Origin: a virus
Length of the DNA: 64,000 nt
Strand: one strand, 5' to 3'
IMG/VR virus record: IMGVR_UViG_3300035492_000206
Below, piece after piece: positions 54,102-63,996 of the stretch; within the stretch, counting starts at the first letter, position 1; each line of letters begins with the position of its first letter. Made by a program: the position numbers and the translations under genes. Below the pieces are notes generated by a model that saw nothing but the letters and a program-made list of their open reading frames with translations, ran no database searches and had not been told where the DNA came from.

Positions 54102-55125
54102 GCTGTTTCTCCTTTGCAGGGCTGCTGGCCTGCCATTGCACTGAGGTGCGGCCGTATGGCGACCCTGCCGCGCTCTTGCCGGCTTTGTAGACTCGGTCCT
54201 GCTTGCTCAGGATGGTGAGCGTGGTGGCGACGGTTTCGAAGCGGATGCCGGTTTCGGTTGAGATTTGGCGCGTGGTCTTGGGTTGAAACCGGATGGCATC
54301 GAGGATCATCTGGCGGCAGGTCTTGTCGGGATCGGACAGCTTGTGCTGGGTGGTGGCGACTTCGAGTAGTGACAGCGCCCAGATGCTGGGCCGCAGTTCT
54401 GCCGGTGCGCTGAAGTAGCCGTTCTGGTTGAGCATCGATAGCTGGCGCCGGCTGATGCAGGCCAGGTTGTCGATGTCGAAGTTGCGCCGATCGGTGTCCT
54501 TGAAGATGACGACGTGGCCCTTTGGCAGCGGCTTGTTGTTGGCGACCTCCCACAGGTGGCGTTGCTTGGCGACCCAGTAGGACTCTCGGCCTGTCCATGG
54601 ATTTGGCCCCGGCACTTTGATCTCGATGTAGCCGGTGTTGGCTTCGCGCTCGGCGTACATCGGCATGGTGTTGTCGGGCCGCTGGCCTTTTGAAAAGCTG
54701 CCGCTGTTGGGTTTGCAGACGCCTTTGGTGCCGGCATTCCATGGGGTGCGTGTGCCGAACTGGCCGGTGCGGCCACAGATGATGCCGTTGCGCTTGAGCC
54801 AGGCAATGATCTGGTTGACCGTGAGGCTGGTGCCCCATTGCTGGTTGAACGCATCGGTGACCTGGTGCCGATCGAGCGTTTTGTAATGCTCGATCAGCCA
54901 GGCTGCCTGTTCATCGGTCATCAGCCTGTTTTTGCCCAGCCGGATGGCACCACGTTTGCGGCCGCAGGTGATGCGGTAGTTCTTGAGGGCCGACCGGATG
55001 GTGCCAACGGCTTTATCAGTCCCGAACTGCGCATTGAAGGCGTCCGTCAGTGAGTAGAGATCCAGACGCGGATACTCCTCTCGCAGAAACTGGAGCATCG
55101 CGTCGGTGTATCGGAACCGCTGCAT
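54082..55125 (-). CDS. HNH endonuclease-domain protein
   Basis: GSFSKGQRP...KQRHLWE...PKGHVVIFKD.DRRNFDIDNL plus repeated N-terminal helical units. ATG at 55125. Confidence 0.8.
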   Translation of the reverse strand: MQRFRYTDAMLQFLREEYPRLDLYSLTDAFNAQFGTDKAVGTIRSALKNYRITCGRKRGAIRLGKNRLMTDEQAAWLIEHYKTLDRHQVTDAFNQQWGTSLTVNQIIAWLKRNGIICGRTGQFGTRTPWNAGTKGVCKPNSGSFSKGQRPDNTMPMYAEREANTGYIEIKVPGPNPWTGRESYWVAKQRHLWEVANNKPLPKGHVVIFKDTDRRNFDIDNLACISRRQLSMLNQNGYFSAPAELRPSIWALSLLEVATTQHKLSDPDKTCRQMILDAIRFQPKTTRQISTETGIRFETVATTLTILSKQDRVYKAGKSAAGSPYGRTSVQWQASSPAKEKQHVRNTA

Positions 55126-55126
55126 A

Positions 55127-55372
55127 TCAGGATCCTTTCGGGCCGGTGAGCGCTGCAGGCATATCGCCGGGGCGCCAGCCGGTGTGCTCAACTTTGAACT
55201 TGGCGGCATCCAGCTGGGTGCGCGCATTGTTGACGATGTCTTTGGAGATGCCGGACAGGGCAGTAGCGCGCTTGATCTCGGCTTCGAGTGCGTCGCCTTG
55301 CAGGTCGCTGCTACCCAGGCGGTCCAGCTGGGCGAACAGGTGGGCGTTGAGGTCGTTAAGAGTGTTGCTCAT
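55127..55372 (-). CDS. Conserved phage protein usually adjacent to this HNH family
   Basis: MSNTLNDLNAHLFAQLDRL...EIKRA. Confidence 0.75.
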   Translation of the reverse strand: MSNTLNDLNAHLFAQLDRLGSSDLQGDALEAEIKRATALSGISKDIVNNARTQLDAAKFKVEHTGWRPGDMPAALTGPKGS

Positions 55373-56007
55373 TGCGGATCTCCTTTGAATGGGGCCGTGC
55401 CGTTGTCTTCTGCATCGAGCGCTGCCAGTATCTCGATTTCTGCAAATTCGCGTTCGTGCAGCTCAATCACGAATGCGAGGCAGCACATGGCATGTGCCAG
55501 GTGTGGCAGGCCGGTTTCGGGGTCGCTGTGTTCGCCGATCCGTTGGGCGTTGATGTGGCGCAGGGCGGCTGCGATGTAGCGGTTTTCAGCATCGGGTACG
55601 TGCTGCCAGTTGCCGGGGGCGTACTTGTGGGCGCCGAAGGTGAGCACTCTGGCCAGCATTTCCTCTGCCCTGGGCGGGATCAAGTCAAAGCGGGGTTTGT
55701 CGCCGTCGTGCTTGATGCCGACCTTTTCGTTGGCGTCACCGGAATGGTCCAGCTCAATCAGCCCTTCACGGCTCGAAAGCGGCGCATAAAACTGCCATCC
55801 TGCCCCCTCAGTCCATACCTGATCAGGGGGTTCCGTTCCGCTCATGCGCAAGTATCGATTTGATTTCGGGCAGTAAAATTGTGCTCCTGCCGGCAGTGCT
55901 TCAACTTCAACACTGGCGCAACAGACATGCTGCTGCTCGTCACCCACGTCTTCGAGGTAGTGGTCACCAGTTGCCTGCTGATCAATACGGCTTATCTTGG
56001 TCGCCAT
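55369..56007 (-). CDS. dATP/dGTP diphosphohydrolase-domain protein (DUF5664-like)
   Basis: GIKHDGDKPRFDLIP...VLTFGAHKY..NW...YIAAALRH...TGLPHLAHAMCC. Confidence 0.8.
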   Translation of the reverse strand: MATKISRIDQQATGDHYLEDVGDEQQHVCCASVEVEALPAGAQFYCPKSNRYLRMSGTEPPDQVWTEGAGWQFYAPLSSREGLIELDHSGDANEKVGIKHDGDKPRFDLIPPRAEEMLARVLTFGAHKYAPGNWQHVPDAENRYIAAALRHINAQRIGEHSDPETGLPHLAHAMCCLAFVIELHEREFAEIEILAALDAEDNGTAPFKGDPQ

Positions 56008-56222
56008 GCTGCCACCTTACTTTTATCAATTCGATTGCCCTTCATATCGCGCCAATTAAAATCGGCCTGGAATGTATCCGGGACAAACGGCACGTACTTG
56101 ACAAGCGGCACGACACCGTCGATTACTTGGCCATCAACCATTTTGATTTGTATCCGCTGGCCCTTCCTCGGATGGCCAACCAGGGCCATGGATCTAATCT
56201 CTCTCCAGTTCTCATCAGTCAC
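55992..56222 (-). CDS. Phage hypothetical
   Basis: 76 aa coupled ORF. Confidence 0.5.
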   Translation of the reverse strand: MTDENWREIRSMALVGHPRKGQRIQIKMVDGQVIDGVVPLVKYVPFVPDTFQADFNWRDMKGNRIDKSKVAAWRPR

Positions 56223-56590
56223 AGACTCAACTCCGATAGTTCGCGGTGATACTGGGCAAAGGGCACGGTATCGAGCACGCCTTTGATTTCGTTGACTGCC
56301 GTCAGCAGCGTGGTGTCTGGCACCGCCGCAAGGCGCGACAGCAGGAAGATGTATTCAGGATCTGCCGTGGTGGCCTTGAACTTAACGTCAGACCGGAGCA
56401 CGCGGCGAATGGTCGCGCGCTTATGGTCATCAATGGCGATGCGCTTGCGGATCCGCTGCGATTCAGTCGTGGTGTAAGCGACCATATCCGGGTCAGAAAG
56501 CATCTCCAATCCTGCAATGGTCAGGGCATCACACACCGTTGCAACCAGTTGGTGATTCACGTCACCCGGGCGAATGCGTCCGAAGTTCAT
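56219..56590 (-). CDS. Phage hypothetical
   Basis: 123 aa coupled ORF. Confidence 0.55.
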   Translation of the reverse strand: MNFGRIRPGDVNHQLVATVCDALTIAGLEMLSDPDMVAYTTTESQRIRKRIAIDDHKRATIRRVLRSDVKFKATTADPEYIFLLSRLAAVPDTTLLTAVNEIKGVLDTVPFAQYHRELSELSL

Positions 56591-56593
56591 TGG

Positions 56594-57013
56594 TCACACC
56601 CCCGTGCTACCGAAGCCGCCTTGGCCGCGTTCGGTGCTGTCCAGGTCGTCAGCCCATGCCGCCGGAGTGATCAGGCAGCGCTCGATGATCAACTGGGCGA
56701 TACGATCACCCGGCTTGAACTCAACCATTTCACTACCGTGATTGATCAGGCACACGCGCATTTCGCCGCGGTAATCGCTATCCACGACACCGGCATGCAC
56801 TTGGATGCCATGCTTGGCAGCAAGACCGGAGCGGGGTGCGATGCGGCCGTAGTGGCCGGAAGGGATCGCAACCGAAAGTCCGGTCGGGATCATGGCTTGG
56901 GCGCCAGGGCGAATATCCATGCGCTCGACGGCGTACAGATCAAGTCCGGCGGCATGAGCGCTGCCGCGTGTTGGCAAGGTGGCGTTTTCGTGCAGCTGCT
57001 TGAAGTAGATCAT
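56594..57013 (-). CDS. dut: Trimeric dUTPase
   Basis: AAGLDL, GRIAPRSGLA, GVVDSDYRGE, GDRIAQL and RGQGGFGSTG. ATG at 57013. Confidence 0.96.
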   Translation of the reverse strand: MIYFKQLHENATLPTRGSAHAAGLDLYAVERMDIRPGAQAMIPTGLSVAIPSGHYGRIAPRSGLAAKHGIQVHAGVVDSDYRGEMRVCLINHGSEMVEFKPGDRIAQLIIERCLITPAAWADDLDSTERGQGGFGSTGV

Positions 57014-57029
57014 CTTGGCTCCTTGCCGG

Positions 57030-57497
57030 TCATGCGGCGATTTCGGATTGCTTGGGTTCTTCGTCACGCTCTTTGCGGGCATTGATATCAAAGCGGGCGC
57101 TTTTGGGTACGGTGAAGACAACGCCTTCATCGGTCAGCTGAACGCTGGTGCAATTGGCGGAGGTCGGAACGCTGGGCATGCCTTCCAGGTAGCGCACCTG
57201 AATTTTCAGGGCGCCGGCTTTACCGGACTGAGCCAGCTTCCAACCGCCTTCGTGAACGCGCTTGAGCATCATCTGGCGCGACTCGGCATCGATCAGGATG
57301 TCGACCCGATCGCCCATGATGAAGCGCGCTTTGCTGGCCATCTCGGGGCTGATATCAAGGCGCAATGTGTACCGCACCTCGTCGCCGGGGTTTTTGGGGT
57401 TCTGCCGATCGGTTGCGAGCACGATGCCGCCACCTGGGCGATTGCGGGTAGCTTGTCCAGAGCGGGTGATCAGGGTGTTCAGTGATTCAAAAGCCAT
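57030..57497 (-). CDS. Phage hypothetical
   Basis: 155 aa ORF with GGAA SD. Confidence 0.6.
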   Translation of the reverse strand: MAFESLNTLITRSGQATRNRPGGGIVLATDRQNPKNPGDEVRYTLRLDISPEMASKARFIMGDRVDILIDAESRQMMLKRVHEGGWKLAQSGKAGALKIQVRYLEGMPSVPTSANCTSVQLTDEGVVFTVPKSARFDINARKERDEEPKQSEIAA

Positions 57498-57542
57498 GTG
57501 TTCGGGTTCCTTGATGGGGTTAGAAGGGGGGGGGTGAATGAA

Positions 57543-58487
57543 TCAGGCAGCTACGCCGTCTTTTTCTTGCTCGAGCTGATAAGCATCAGGGTCGGCGTGA
57601 CCACCGAAAGCATCAATTAGCTCCTTAGTCAGACGGGCCAGCTCCAGACCATACCGTACAACCTCTGTTTCCAGCGCTGCTCGCTCATCTTCTGGTGTTT
57701 CGGCGTCCAGCTGCTCCCGATACTCATCGCTCAGGCGCAGTCGGTGAATGCTCAGATCCTCATGGAGCACGAAGCGAAGCATCTGTTGCCACTCGATAGA
57801 CAGGCGCTTGACCAGCATGCCGTTTTCAATGTGAGCGCCAATCTCGTCACAGAGCAGATCTTGGCCCTTGGCGGTGATCTTGCTGCCTTCAGTCATCGGG
57901 TCGCGCAGTTCGCATTCATCCTCAAACGCCCAGCCTTGCGGCATAGCTTCGCCCTGGAGCCAGGAGGTCATCACCTTGTCGGGCGATATCGCTGTTTTAG
58001 GTAGGCGAACATTGAGCGTACCCATAGCCTTTCGCAGGTGATTCAGCAGATCTTCCGAGCGGCTGTGGCTGGACGCATCAATATGAATAAGGCCTTGCTC
58101 CGGGCAGATCAGGGCGTAGGTGATACGGCTTTTCAGAAAGGCTTGAGGCAAAAGGTCAAATATGACTTCATCCTTCAGCTGCAGCTTCTCCTTGCGGTAG
58201 ACCTTCCGGTTTTGTTCGGCCTCGATCCGCTCGACCTTGGCCTGCAGCTGGTCACGCACCACCGCCGGCGGCAGCATGCGCTCTTCCTGCTTCAAAGCGA
58301 TCAGCATGATGCCGTAGCAATCCGCCACCATACCCTCAATGAAGCTGGCAGGTGCTGTCCACCCGCTTCGAGACAGCTCCTGTGAGCCTGGGGATTTGAA
58401 GGGATCGCTTTCAAGCGCGCTGTTTAGCGCAGCCGCATCCGGTAGGTTGGCGGCCTGATAGGTAATGACGTTTTTCATCTGGAACAT
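57543..58487 (-). CDS. rdgC: Recombination-associated protein RdgC
   Basis: RSGWTAP, EERMLPPAVV, EVIFDLLPQAF and FVLHEDLSIHRL. Confidence 0.92.
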   Translation of the reverse strand: MFQMKNVITYQAANLPDAAALNSALESDPFKSPGSQELSRSGWTAPASFIEGMVADCYGIMLIALKQEERMLPPAVVRDQLQAKVERIEAEQNRKVYRKEKLQLKDEVIFDLLPQAFLKSRITYALICPEQGLIHIDASSHSRSEDLLNHLRKAMGTLNVRLPKTAISPDKVMTSWLQGEAMPQGWAFEDECELRDPMTEGSKITAKGQDLLCDEIGAHIENGMLVKRLSIEWQQMLRFVLHEDLSIHRLRLSDEYREQLDAETPEDERAALETEVVRYGLELARLTKELIDAFGGHADPDAYQLEQEKDGVAA

Positions 58488-58500
58488 AGCATTCTCCAAT

Positions 58501-58527
58501 AAAAAGCCCGGTCAATTTGCCGGGCTT
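58501..58527 (-). terminator. Terminator after ssb
   Basis: AAGCCCGG / CCGGGCTT stem with A5 on the left. Confidence 0.7.
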
Positions 58528-58538
58528 ATGGTTTGTGG

Positions 58539-59036
58539 TTATGCGCACATATTGCGCTGGTAGGGCGCGAACGGGATATCGTCGTCGAAGTCAGGGAAAC
58601 CGCCGCCAGGTGGCTGCTGGTTCTGCTGTTGTTGCTGCGGCTGTCGCTGCTGACCTTGCGGCTGGCTGTTGCCGTAGCCGCCTTGTTGGCCTGCATCGTT
58701 GCGACTGTCCAGCATCTGCAAATCGCTGGCGACGATCTCAGTGGTGTATCGGTCTTGACCGTCTTTGTCCTGCCATTTGCGGGTACGCAAAGAACCCTCT
58801 ACGTACACCTTGGACCCTTTCTTCAGGTACTGACCGGCGATCTCGGCCAGGCGGTTGAAGAAGATCACGCGATGCCATTCGGTACGCTCCTGCTGCTGGC
58901 CGGTATTCTTGTCCTTCCAGCTTTCAGACGTTGCCACCGTGATCTGTGTGACGGCGTTGCCGTTGGGCGTGGCGCGCTGATCAGGGTCATTGCCCAGGTT
59001 GCCCACCAGAATGACCTTGTTGATGCCGCGGGCCAT
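58539..59036 (-). CDS. ssb: Single-stranded DNA-binding protein
   Basis: [15 protein letters not shown]...TEWHRV...DFDDDIPF. Confidence 0.97.
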   Translation of the reverse strand: MARGINKVILVGNLGNDPDQRATPNGNAVTQITVATSESWKDKNTGQQQERTEWHRVIFFNRLAEIAGQYLKKGSKVYVEGSLRTRKWQDKDGQDRYTTEIVASDLQMLDSRNDAGQQGGYGNSQPQGQQRQPQQQQQNQQPPGGGFPDFDDDIPFAPYQRNMCA

Positions 59037-59320
59037 CAGTTCGCGCCTCCGTTGATGCGATCCACCAGCATGGCGCTGGGCTTAAACTTCGCGATGCGGC
59101 GCGCTTCTACTACCATCGGCTCACCGGTCTTGGGGTTGCGCCCTTGGCGGGCTTCACGGTCGCGAACCGAAAAGGTGCCGAAGCCTTTCAGGCTCATCGA
59201 TTCACCGCTGACCAGCGTCTCTTCAATGGCGCAGAGCAGGGCATCGAGTGCCCGGCCTGCTGCTGCTTTGGTGATATCGGATTCGGCGGCGATCTTGGCG
59301 ATCAGCTGTGCTTTATTCAT
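59036..59320 (-). CDS. HU-family DNA-binding protein
   Basis: MNKAQLI...[19 protein letters not shown]...KFKP. Confidence 0.95.
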   Translation of the reverse strand: MNKAQLIAKIAAESDITKAAAGRALDALLCAIEETLVSGESMSLKGFGTFSVRDREARQGRNPKTGEPMVVEARRIAKFKPSAMLVDRINGGAN

Positions 59321-59323
59321 GGC

Positions 59324-60367
59324 TCAATCCTTGCGATAAACAGTAGCGTTAAAGACGATGGCGATCAGTCCGGCGGGCTGCCAGATGCCGATCGGTGTCA
59401 GGGGCGCCTCTTCGGAGGTTTCGATGGCGGCCTGCTCGACTTGTGCAGCGGTGGCCTTCACTACCTTGGCGGCAGTCGGGTCGGACAGGGCGCCGAAGGC
59501 AAAGGTTTCTTCAACGGCATCCTGCACGGGCGGTGCCAGTTCAGGTTCCGGCTCCAGGGGTTGGGGAACGGGATCCGGCTCAGGTGCAACCGTTTCAGTT
59601 GCAGCTTTACGCTGAGCCTCTTCTTCGGCCCGGCGCTGTTCGGCTGCAAGGCGCTGGCGCGTGCGCTCTTCGGCGACTCGTTCGCGCTCCCGTTCAGAGT
59701 CCAGCAAGGCGCTCAGGCGCTGGTCGTACTCATCATCGGGCGCAAACAGGAACGTCTCGACGTGTGCGCGGGACAAGGGGGCGGCCAAGCCGGCCTTGTA
59801 TGACTGGTTCTCGAGGTGTAGCAAGCGCATTTCAGTCTGTTGCTGCAGCTGCTTGTCGGCCTGTACCCGGTTATTCAGCTCATTGGACAGCGCTGCACTG
59901 AGTTTGCCGGTTTTGGTCAATCCGGTCAGTTTCACCAGATCATCCACAATTGACTGCCGAAACTCATCAGCAACACCCAGCGCTTCCCAGGCGGCAGCAC
60001 GCTCATCAACCAGCACGCGCAGCACTTGTGCGCGGGTTTCGTCTTCAAATACTTTGACCTGATCGAGTACGCGCTGGCGACCGTCTTTACACATCTGCTC
60101 AAGCGATTTGGCCTTATCGTCAAAATCCTTGATCGGTGCACTGACTTCGGCAACGGCCTCTTTGCGGCGCTTGCTGATTTCACCGGCCAACTTGTTCAGC
60201 TCAGTAGCCAGTTTCTTGCTGCCGGCCAGCGTCTCAGCCGTCACAACAATGTCGTACTGCTGCAGTTCCTGCTCAAGCCAGGCGCGGGTTTCTTCGTAGT
60301 TGAAGGCGATGGCGGCCGGGGTGGTGCTGATCGAAATCAGCGCAGTGTCGTGTATCGGGGCATTCAT
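59324..60367 (-). CDS. DUF1351-like coiled-coil protein of RecET modules
   Basis: IAFNYEE...Y.IVVTAE...KKLATELNK...PIKDFD. Confidence 0.7.
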   Translation of the reverse strand: MNAPIHDTALISISTTPAAIAFNYEETRAWLEQELQQYDIVVTAETLAGSKKLATELNKLAGEISKRRKEAVAEVSAPIKDFDDKAKSLEQMCKDGRQRVLDQVKVFEDETRAQVLRVLVDERAAAWEALGVADEFRQSIVDDLVKLTGLTKTGKLSAALSNELNNRVQADKQLQQQTEMRLLHLENQSYKAGLAAPLSRAHVETFLFAPDDEYDQRLSALLDSERERERVAEERTRQRLAAEQRRAEEEAQRKAATETVAPEPDPVPQPLEPEPELAPPVQDAVEETFAFGALSDPTAAKVVKATAAQVEQAAIETSEEAPLTPIGIWQPAGLIAIVFNATVYRKD

Positions 60368-61383
60368 GCGGGGTTATCTCCTTTGATGATGCGCTGTTTC
60401 ATATGGAAGGCCTGGCGAACAGTGTCCAGATTGACCTCAGGGTGCTCTTCGGCGAACTCCTTGATGTCCTGTCCCCAGTGACCCAGCTCTTCGGCGCTGG
60501 CGCACTCCTTGATACCATCAATCATGGTCTGCAGCGCACTGGTAAAGTCGCGGGCGGGCTGCTCATCAAAGTTCGGCATGGCCTGGGGCGCATCACGCGG
60601 AGCCGGTTCGGCATCGATGGGTTCGCGGGTCTTCTTCATGCGATTCTTGAGCGAGCTGGCTTGAGTGGCGCCTGCTGCCGGGTTGATCTCACGCTCTGCG
60701 GGCGGATCGACCGGCTCGAATTCATCCTGGGTATAAACACCCAGGATCACATCCGGGCAGTAACGTCGCGCGAACTTCTTCAGTGCGGCATAGCTGATCT
60801 GCTGCTGAGGATCGGTTGCCCACTGGGTTGAAAAGCGAGGGTAACACTGAGTCATCAGCAGCTTGAGCTCGCGGGCTTCTTCTTCGCCGCGAAGTCGTGC
60901 CCTGACAATGACGCCAAGGCCTGCTTCGTCAGTAGCGTTCCATCCGGCGACATAATACTTGCCGCCTTTGTCGGACTTGCGCTCCTGCACCTTGCCCAGA
61001 ATCTTGTCCCAGTCACCAAAGAACTCGTAATCTGGACGGCCATCGAACGGGCCATTTGAGGTGATGACCGCGTTGACTAGCTGCGCCTCATATCCCAGCT
61101 GTCCGCCCTGGGTAAGGTGGGTCTTCTGAGCCACGGCAAATGGGTTCATGCCCCACTGGGCCGCTTGCATTACCACCGCCATACAGTCGGCTTTGTTCTT
61201 GCGCAGATGCTGGGGCACCGTTGCAACACCGCCGGCCATCATGTTGGCGAAGCTGTCGAGCGCCTGCATGATCTGCGGGTTCATCAGCATATTGGCCGTG
61301 TGTGTGGCGTAAGGGGCCTGCATATCAGGCTGGTGTTCGGCAACAGCGTGCTGCTGGTAGGCCTGCATGGGGTTCTCGTTCAT
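60364..61383 (-). CDS. recT: RecT-family annealase
   Basis: ADCMAVVMQAAQWGMNPFAVAQKTH...LGYEAQLVNAV...W.TDP.QQ...VILGVYT.DE. Confidence 0.9.
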   Translation of the reverse strand: MNENPMQAYQQHAVAEHQPDMQAPYATHTANMLMNPQIMQALDSFANMMAGGVATVPQHLRKNKADCMAVVMQAAQWGMNPFAVAQKTHLTQGGQLGYEAQLVNAVITSNGPFDGRPDYEFFGDWDKILGKVQERKSDKGGKYYVAGWNATDEAGLGVIVRARLRGEEEARELKLLMTQCYPRFSTQWATDPQQQISYAALKKFARRYCPDVILGVYTQDEFEPVDPPAEREINPAAGATQASSLKNRMKKTREPIDAEPAPRDAPQAMPNFDEQPARDFTSALQTMIDGIKECASAEELGHWGQDIKEFAEEHPEVNLDTVRQAFHMKQRIIKGDNPA

Positions 61384-62285
61384 GACATTCTCCGTTCATC
61401 GTTGCGGACCGCCCAGCCCGGACGTTCCAGGCGGCGGATATGCACCCAGTCATCGTTGACTCGGCACTGGTGATAGGTTTCGAGGGCTTCGCGGTACAGC
61501 TCTTGGCCGCGGCGCACCCAGTCGGGATCGAGATCAACCACGTCAACGGCGTAGCGACCGGCACTGACGCTGGAGCTGACTGCGAGGAAGACAAAGTCCG
61601 GCTCGACGCCGAAGTGCTGCCGGTAGCCTTCGCAATACATGGCGTGCTGGACGTGGTACCTGAATTCTTCAATGTGCTTCTCGAAGCGATCCATGCCGTC
61701 TACTTTCTTCACGTCCACAATAATGTGGTGATCGGTCAGGATGCGGTCGGGGCGCACCCGGCAGAGCTCGCCGGTCTGCTCATCGGTCCAGTAGATCGAG
61801 GCCTCGTTCACGCCCTGCTGCTCGAAAATCCAGCGCGCGGTCGGGTGGGCCTGAACGCTGTCCGCCATGATCATCAGCTTTTGGTGATCATCTGCCGACA
61901 TAATGATTTTGTGACCGTGTTCGGCCTCAAACTCGGCCTTGGCCGCTTTGCCATCATTCGTGCGCAGATTGAACGCGGGTGCAACGGCAAACTGGCTTTC
62001 AAACTCGTGCGGCTCAAGCAACAGCGTGTGCAGGGCGGTACCGAAGTCCAGCGCCTTCAGCTTCTCCCCATGCACCGGCGCTTCACGCGACCAGGGCAGT
62101 GAAGAGGGGCAGTGCGCCACCAGATCCAGACCGCTCTTGCTGATGCCGGGGCCAGAGTGGTATTCGCTGTTGCTGAGGTGAGTGTAAAAACCCGGCGCAC
62201 CATCAAACGGTTTGCGCTGGGCAGAAAAAACCGGCTCAGTGGCCGGCGCGTTGATCAGATCGAATGGGTTGACGGGGGCATTCAT
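61380..62285 (-). CDS. recE: RecE/ExoVIII C-terminal-type PD-(D/E)XK exonuclease
   Basis: YH..PGISKSGLD, FGTALHTLLLEP, EASIYW, CRVRPD, DVK and YHVQ.AMY. Confidence 0.88.
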   Translation of the reverse strand: MNAPVNPFDLINAPATEPVFSAQRKPFDGAPGFYTHLSNSEYHSGPGISKSGLDLVAHCPSSLPWSREAPVHGEKLKALDFGTALHTLLLEPHEFESQFAVAPAFNLRTNDGKAAKAEFEAEHGHKIIMSADDHQKLMIMADSVQAHPTARWIFEQQGVNEASIYWTDEQTGELCRVRPDRILTDHHIIVDVKKVDGMDRFEKHIEEFRYHVQHAMYCEGYRQHFGVEPDFVFLAVSSSVSAGRYAVDVVDLDPDWVRRGQELYREALETYHQCRVNDDWVHIRRLERPGWAVRNDERRMS

Positions 62286-62446
62286 TCAGCGGGCCTCCTG
62301 CTTGCGGCGCACCCAGATCAGCTTTTTGCCGTGGCTGGCCAGTGTGGTGATCACCTGGCGCTGAGTCATGCGCGGGTGAATGAAGATCGCCGAAGATGGC
62401 GTTGAAGCTGCGTTCAAAGTGTTCATTGTTCAGCATCCGTGTGGCC

Positions 62447-62839
62447 TCAGGCTGCGTCGTCGCAGGCGTCTTCGGCATTGATCTTGGCGTCATACTCAAT
62501 CGACGCTTCGGCGATGTCGCGAATAGCCTCTGCCATCAACCGTTCATCCAGTTCCGCAAAGTCGCGACCCAGCGCTTCAAGCTCGGCAGGATCGGTTGTC
62601 AGATCGAAGCGCTCGGCCATTTCGATCATCTCGGGGTGATCCATCACCTCGGTGCGAGCGTGCAGCAGGGTCAGGTACTGGCCGTATGCCCAAAGGCCTT
62701 TATGCTGATGGAAAGCATCTACCTTTGACTCAACCAGCGCTGCATGCGCTTCTTCCTGATCGATACCGGCAAGGTAATCGGCATAGTGGCGGTTGCGTGC
62801 CGCCTCGAAGTGGGCTTCAGGGTTCATAACGTTCACCAT
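62447..62839 (-). CDS. Phage hypothetical (early-left)
   Basis: 130 aa acidic ORF. Confidence 0.55.
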   Translation of the reverse strand: MVNVMNPEAHFEAARNRHYADYLAGIDQEEAHAALVESKVDAFHQHKGLWAYGQYLTLLHARTEVMDHPEMIEMAERFDLTTDPAELEALGRDFAELDERLMAEAIRDIAEASIEYDAKINAEDACDDAA

Positions 62840-62985
62840 TCATTCAGTAGCGGTTGGATCGCGGTGCGCACACAGCGACCGTTTGCCTTGGCGTGGATTG
62901 CGGTACCAGCGATAACGCACAGCCAGCCGGTAATGAAGATGCCGCACAGGGCGACACAAAAAGCGATGATCAGAAAAGCATCCAT
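62833..62985 (-). CDS. Small membrane peptide
   Basis: MDAFLIIAFCVALCGIFITGWLCVIAG after a GGAG SD. Confidence 0.45.
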   Translation of the reverse strand: MDAFLIIAFCVALCGIFITGWLCVIAGTAIHAKANGRCVRTAIQPLLNEW

Positions 62986-63106
62986 GTTGATCTCCTGTTT
63001 CGATTCCGGTAGCACCCTGTTGCCAAGGCGCTACGAGAATTTTTCAGGTCTTGCTTATGTTGCGTTCGCTTACTCGCCAGCGAAGGAGGCGGTGATTTAT
63101 CAACCG

Positions 63107-63670
63107 TCAGACCTTGACAGGATCTCTGCCATGGTTGGGGTGAAACCCATACCTGTTTTCGGCAGACTTTCTTGCACAGATGGCATCAAATTTATCGGCA
63201 TGAAGGCCAAGGCAGATTTGTTTTGTATTTACCCTGATTTGCGCACGCCACTTCTGGCTTCTCTTTGTCCAAACAACACCCGTGACACCGGATGTGTTGT
63301 TCTTGAAGCGCGCGCGGTTGCGTAGATTGGTGGTTCTATCTACTGAGCGAAGGTTTACGAGCCGGTTATCTGTACTACAGCCGTTGATGTGATCTATATC
63401 ATCGGGCCACTGGCCGTGAACTAGCATCCATATAACACGGTGAGCCAGCAGCCTTTTGCCCATAACGCAAACCTTGACGTACTTCTGATCAAGAATCTTG
63501 TTGTGAAAAACATAACCAGCGCTCATGCCTGACCACCTTTTAATCCAGTCCCGGTGACGATAGTCGCTGGTAAACCATTCTCTTTCCCTTGGTTTCCAAG
63601 TGAGAATGCCTGTTTCGGGGTTGTATTCCAGCAGCTCCTGCAGCAATTCGCGCGTGATCTCAATAGCCAC
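63107..63670 (-). CDS. HNH endonuclease with AP2 domain
   Basis: AHRVIW...IDHING..TDNRLVNLR...NTSGVTGV.W...KWRAQI...LG. Confidence 0.9.
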   Translation of the reverse strand: MAIEITRELLQELLEYNPETGILTWKPREREWFTSDYRHRDWIKRWSGMSAGYVFHNKILDQKYVKVCVMGKRLLAHRVIWMLVHGQWPDDIDHINGCSTDNRLVNLRSVDRTTNLRNRARFKNNTSGVTGVVWTKRSQKWRAQIRVNTKQICLGLHADKFDAICARKSAENRYGFHPNHGRDPVKV

Positions 63671-63887
63671 TTAATGCCTCCCTATATTCACTTCTGGCAG
63701 CACAGCCACGGCAGCGCTCTCAGAAATAAACGTGGTGAAACACGCCCGACACACCTACCGGCTTTCGTTCAGAGGCTCGGTTCGGTCACAGCTCGCCACT
63801 TCGGGATTCGGCTTGCGCCTCGTGGGTCAAAGCTGGGCAGGTTCCGCCTGCTCGGCTGATGGTTAAACCACGTAACCAACGCGATTA

Positions 63888-63947
63888 ACTGTAACCATGG
63901 TTAAAGTTAAGGTCAAGCGGAAACGGTTAAAAAATTTAACCTTGGTT
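63888..63947 (-). promoter_or_regulatory. PL-type early promoter with repressor operators
   Basis: TTGACC (63916-63911), 17 nt spacer, TACAGT (63893-63888). Perfect palindrome TAACCATGGTTA (63892-63903) and near-copy TAACCTTGGTTT (63936-63947). Confidence 0.75.
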
Positions 63948-63976
63948 TATCGGGATTTGACGAGGCGCGAGACAGC

Positions 63977-63996
63977 AAAAACCCGCCGAAGCGGGT
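63977..63996 (-). terminator. Terminator of the next leftward gene (probably the repressor, outside the window)
   Basis: ACCCGC-CGAA-GCGGGT with A5 on the left. Confidence 0.75.

Noticed and set aside
55369-56007. Z-genome (diaminopurine) pathway suggested by the DUF5664-like gene
   Set aside because: No purZ or dedicated polymerase in the window, and an adenine methylase is present.
57526-57534. G9 homopolymer between rdgC and the next gene
   Set aside because: Intergenic, not in a recognisable promoter spacer, and no evidence of phase variation.
63715-63731. CGCTCTCAGAAA resembling a boxA/nut element
   Set aside because: It is on the strand opposite to PL transcription, and no boxB was identified.
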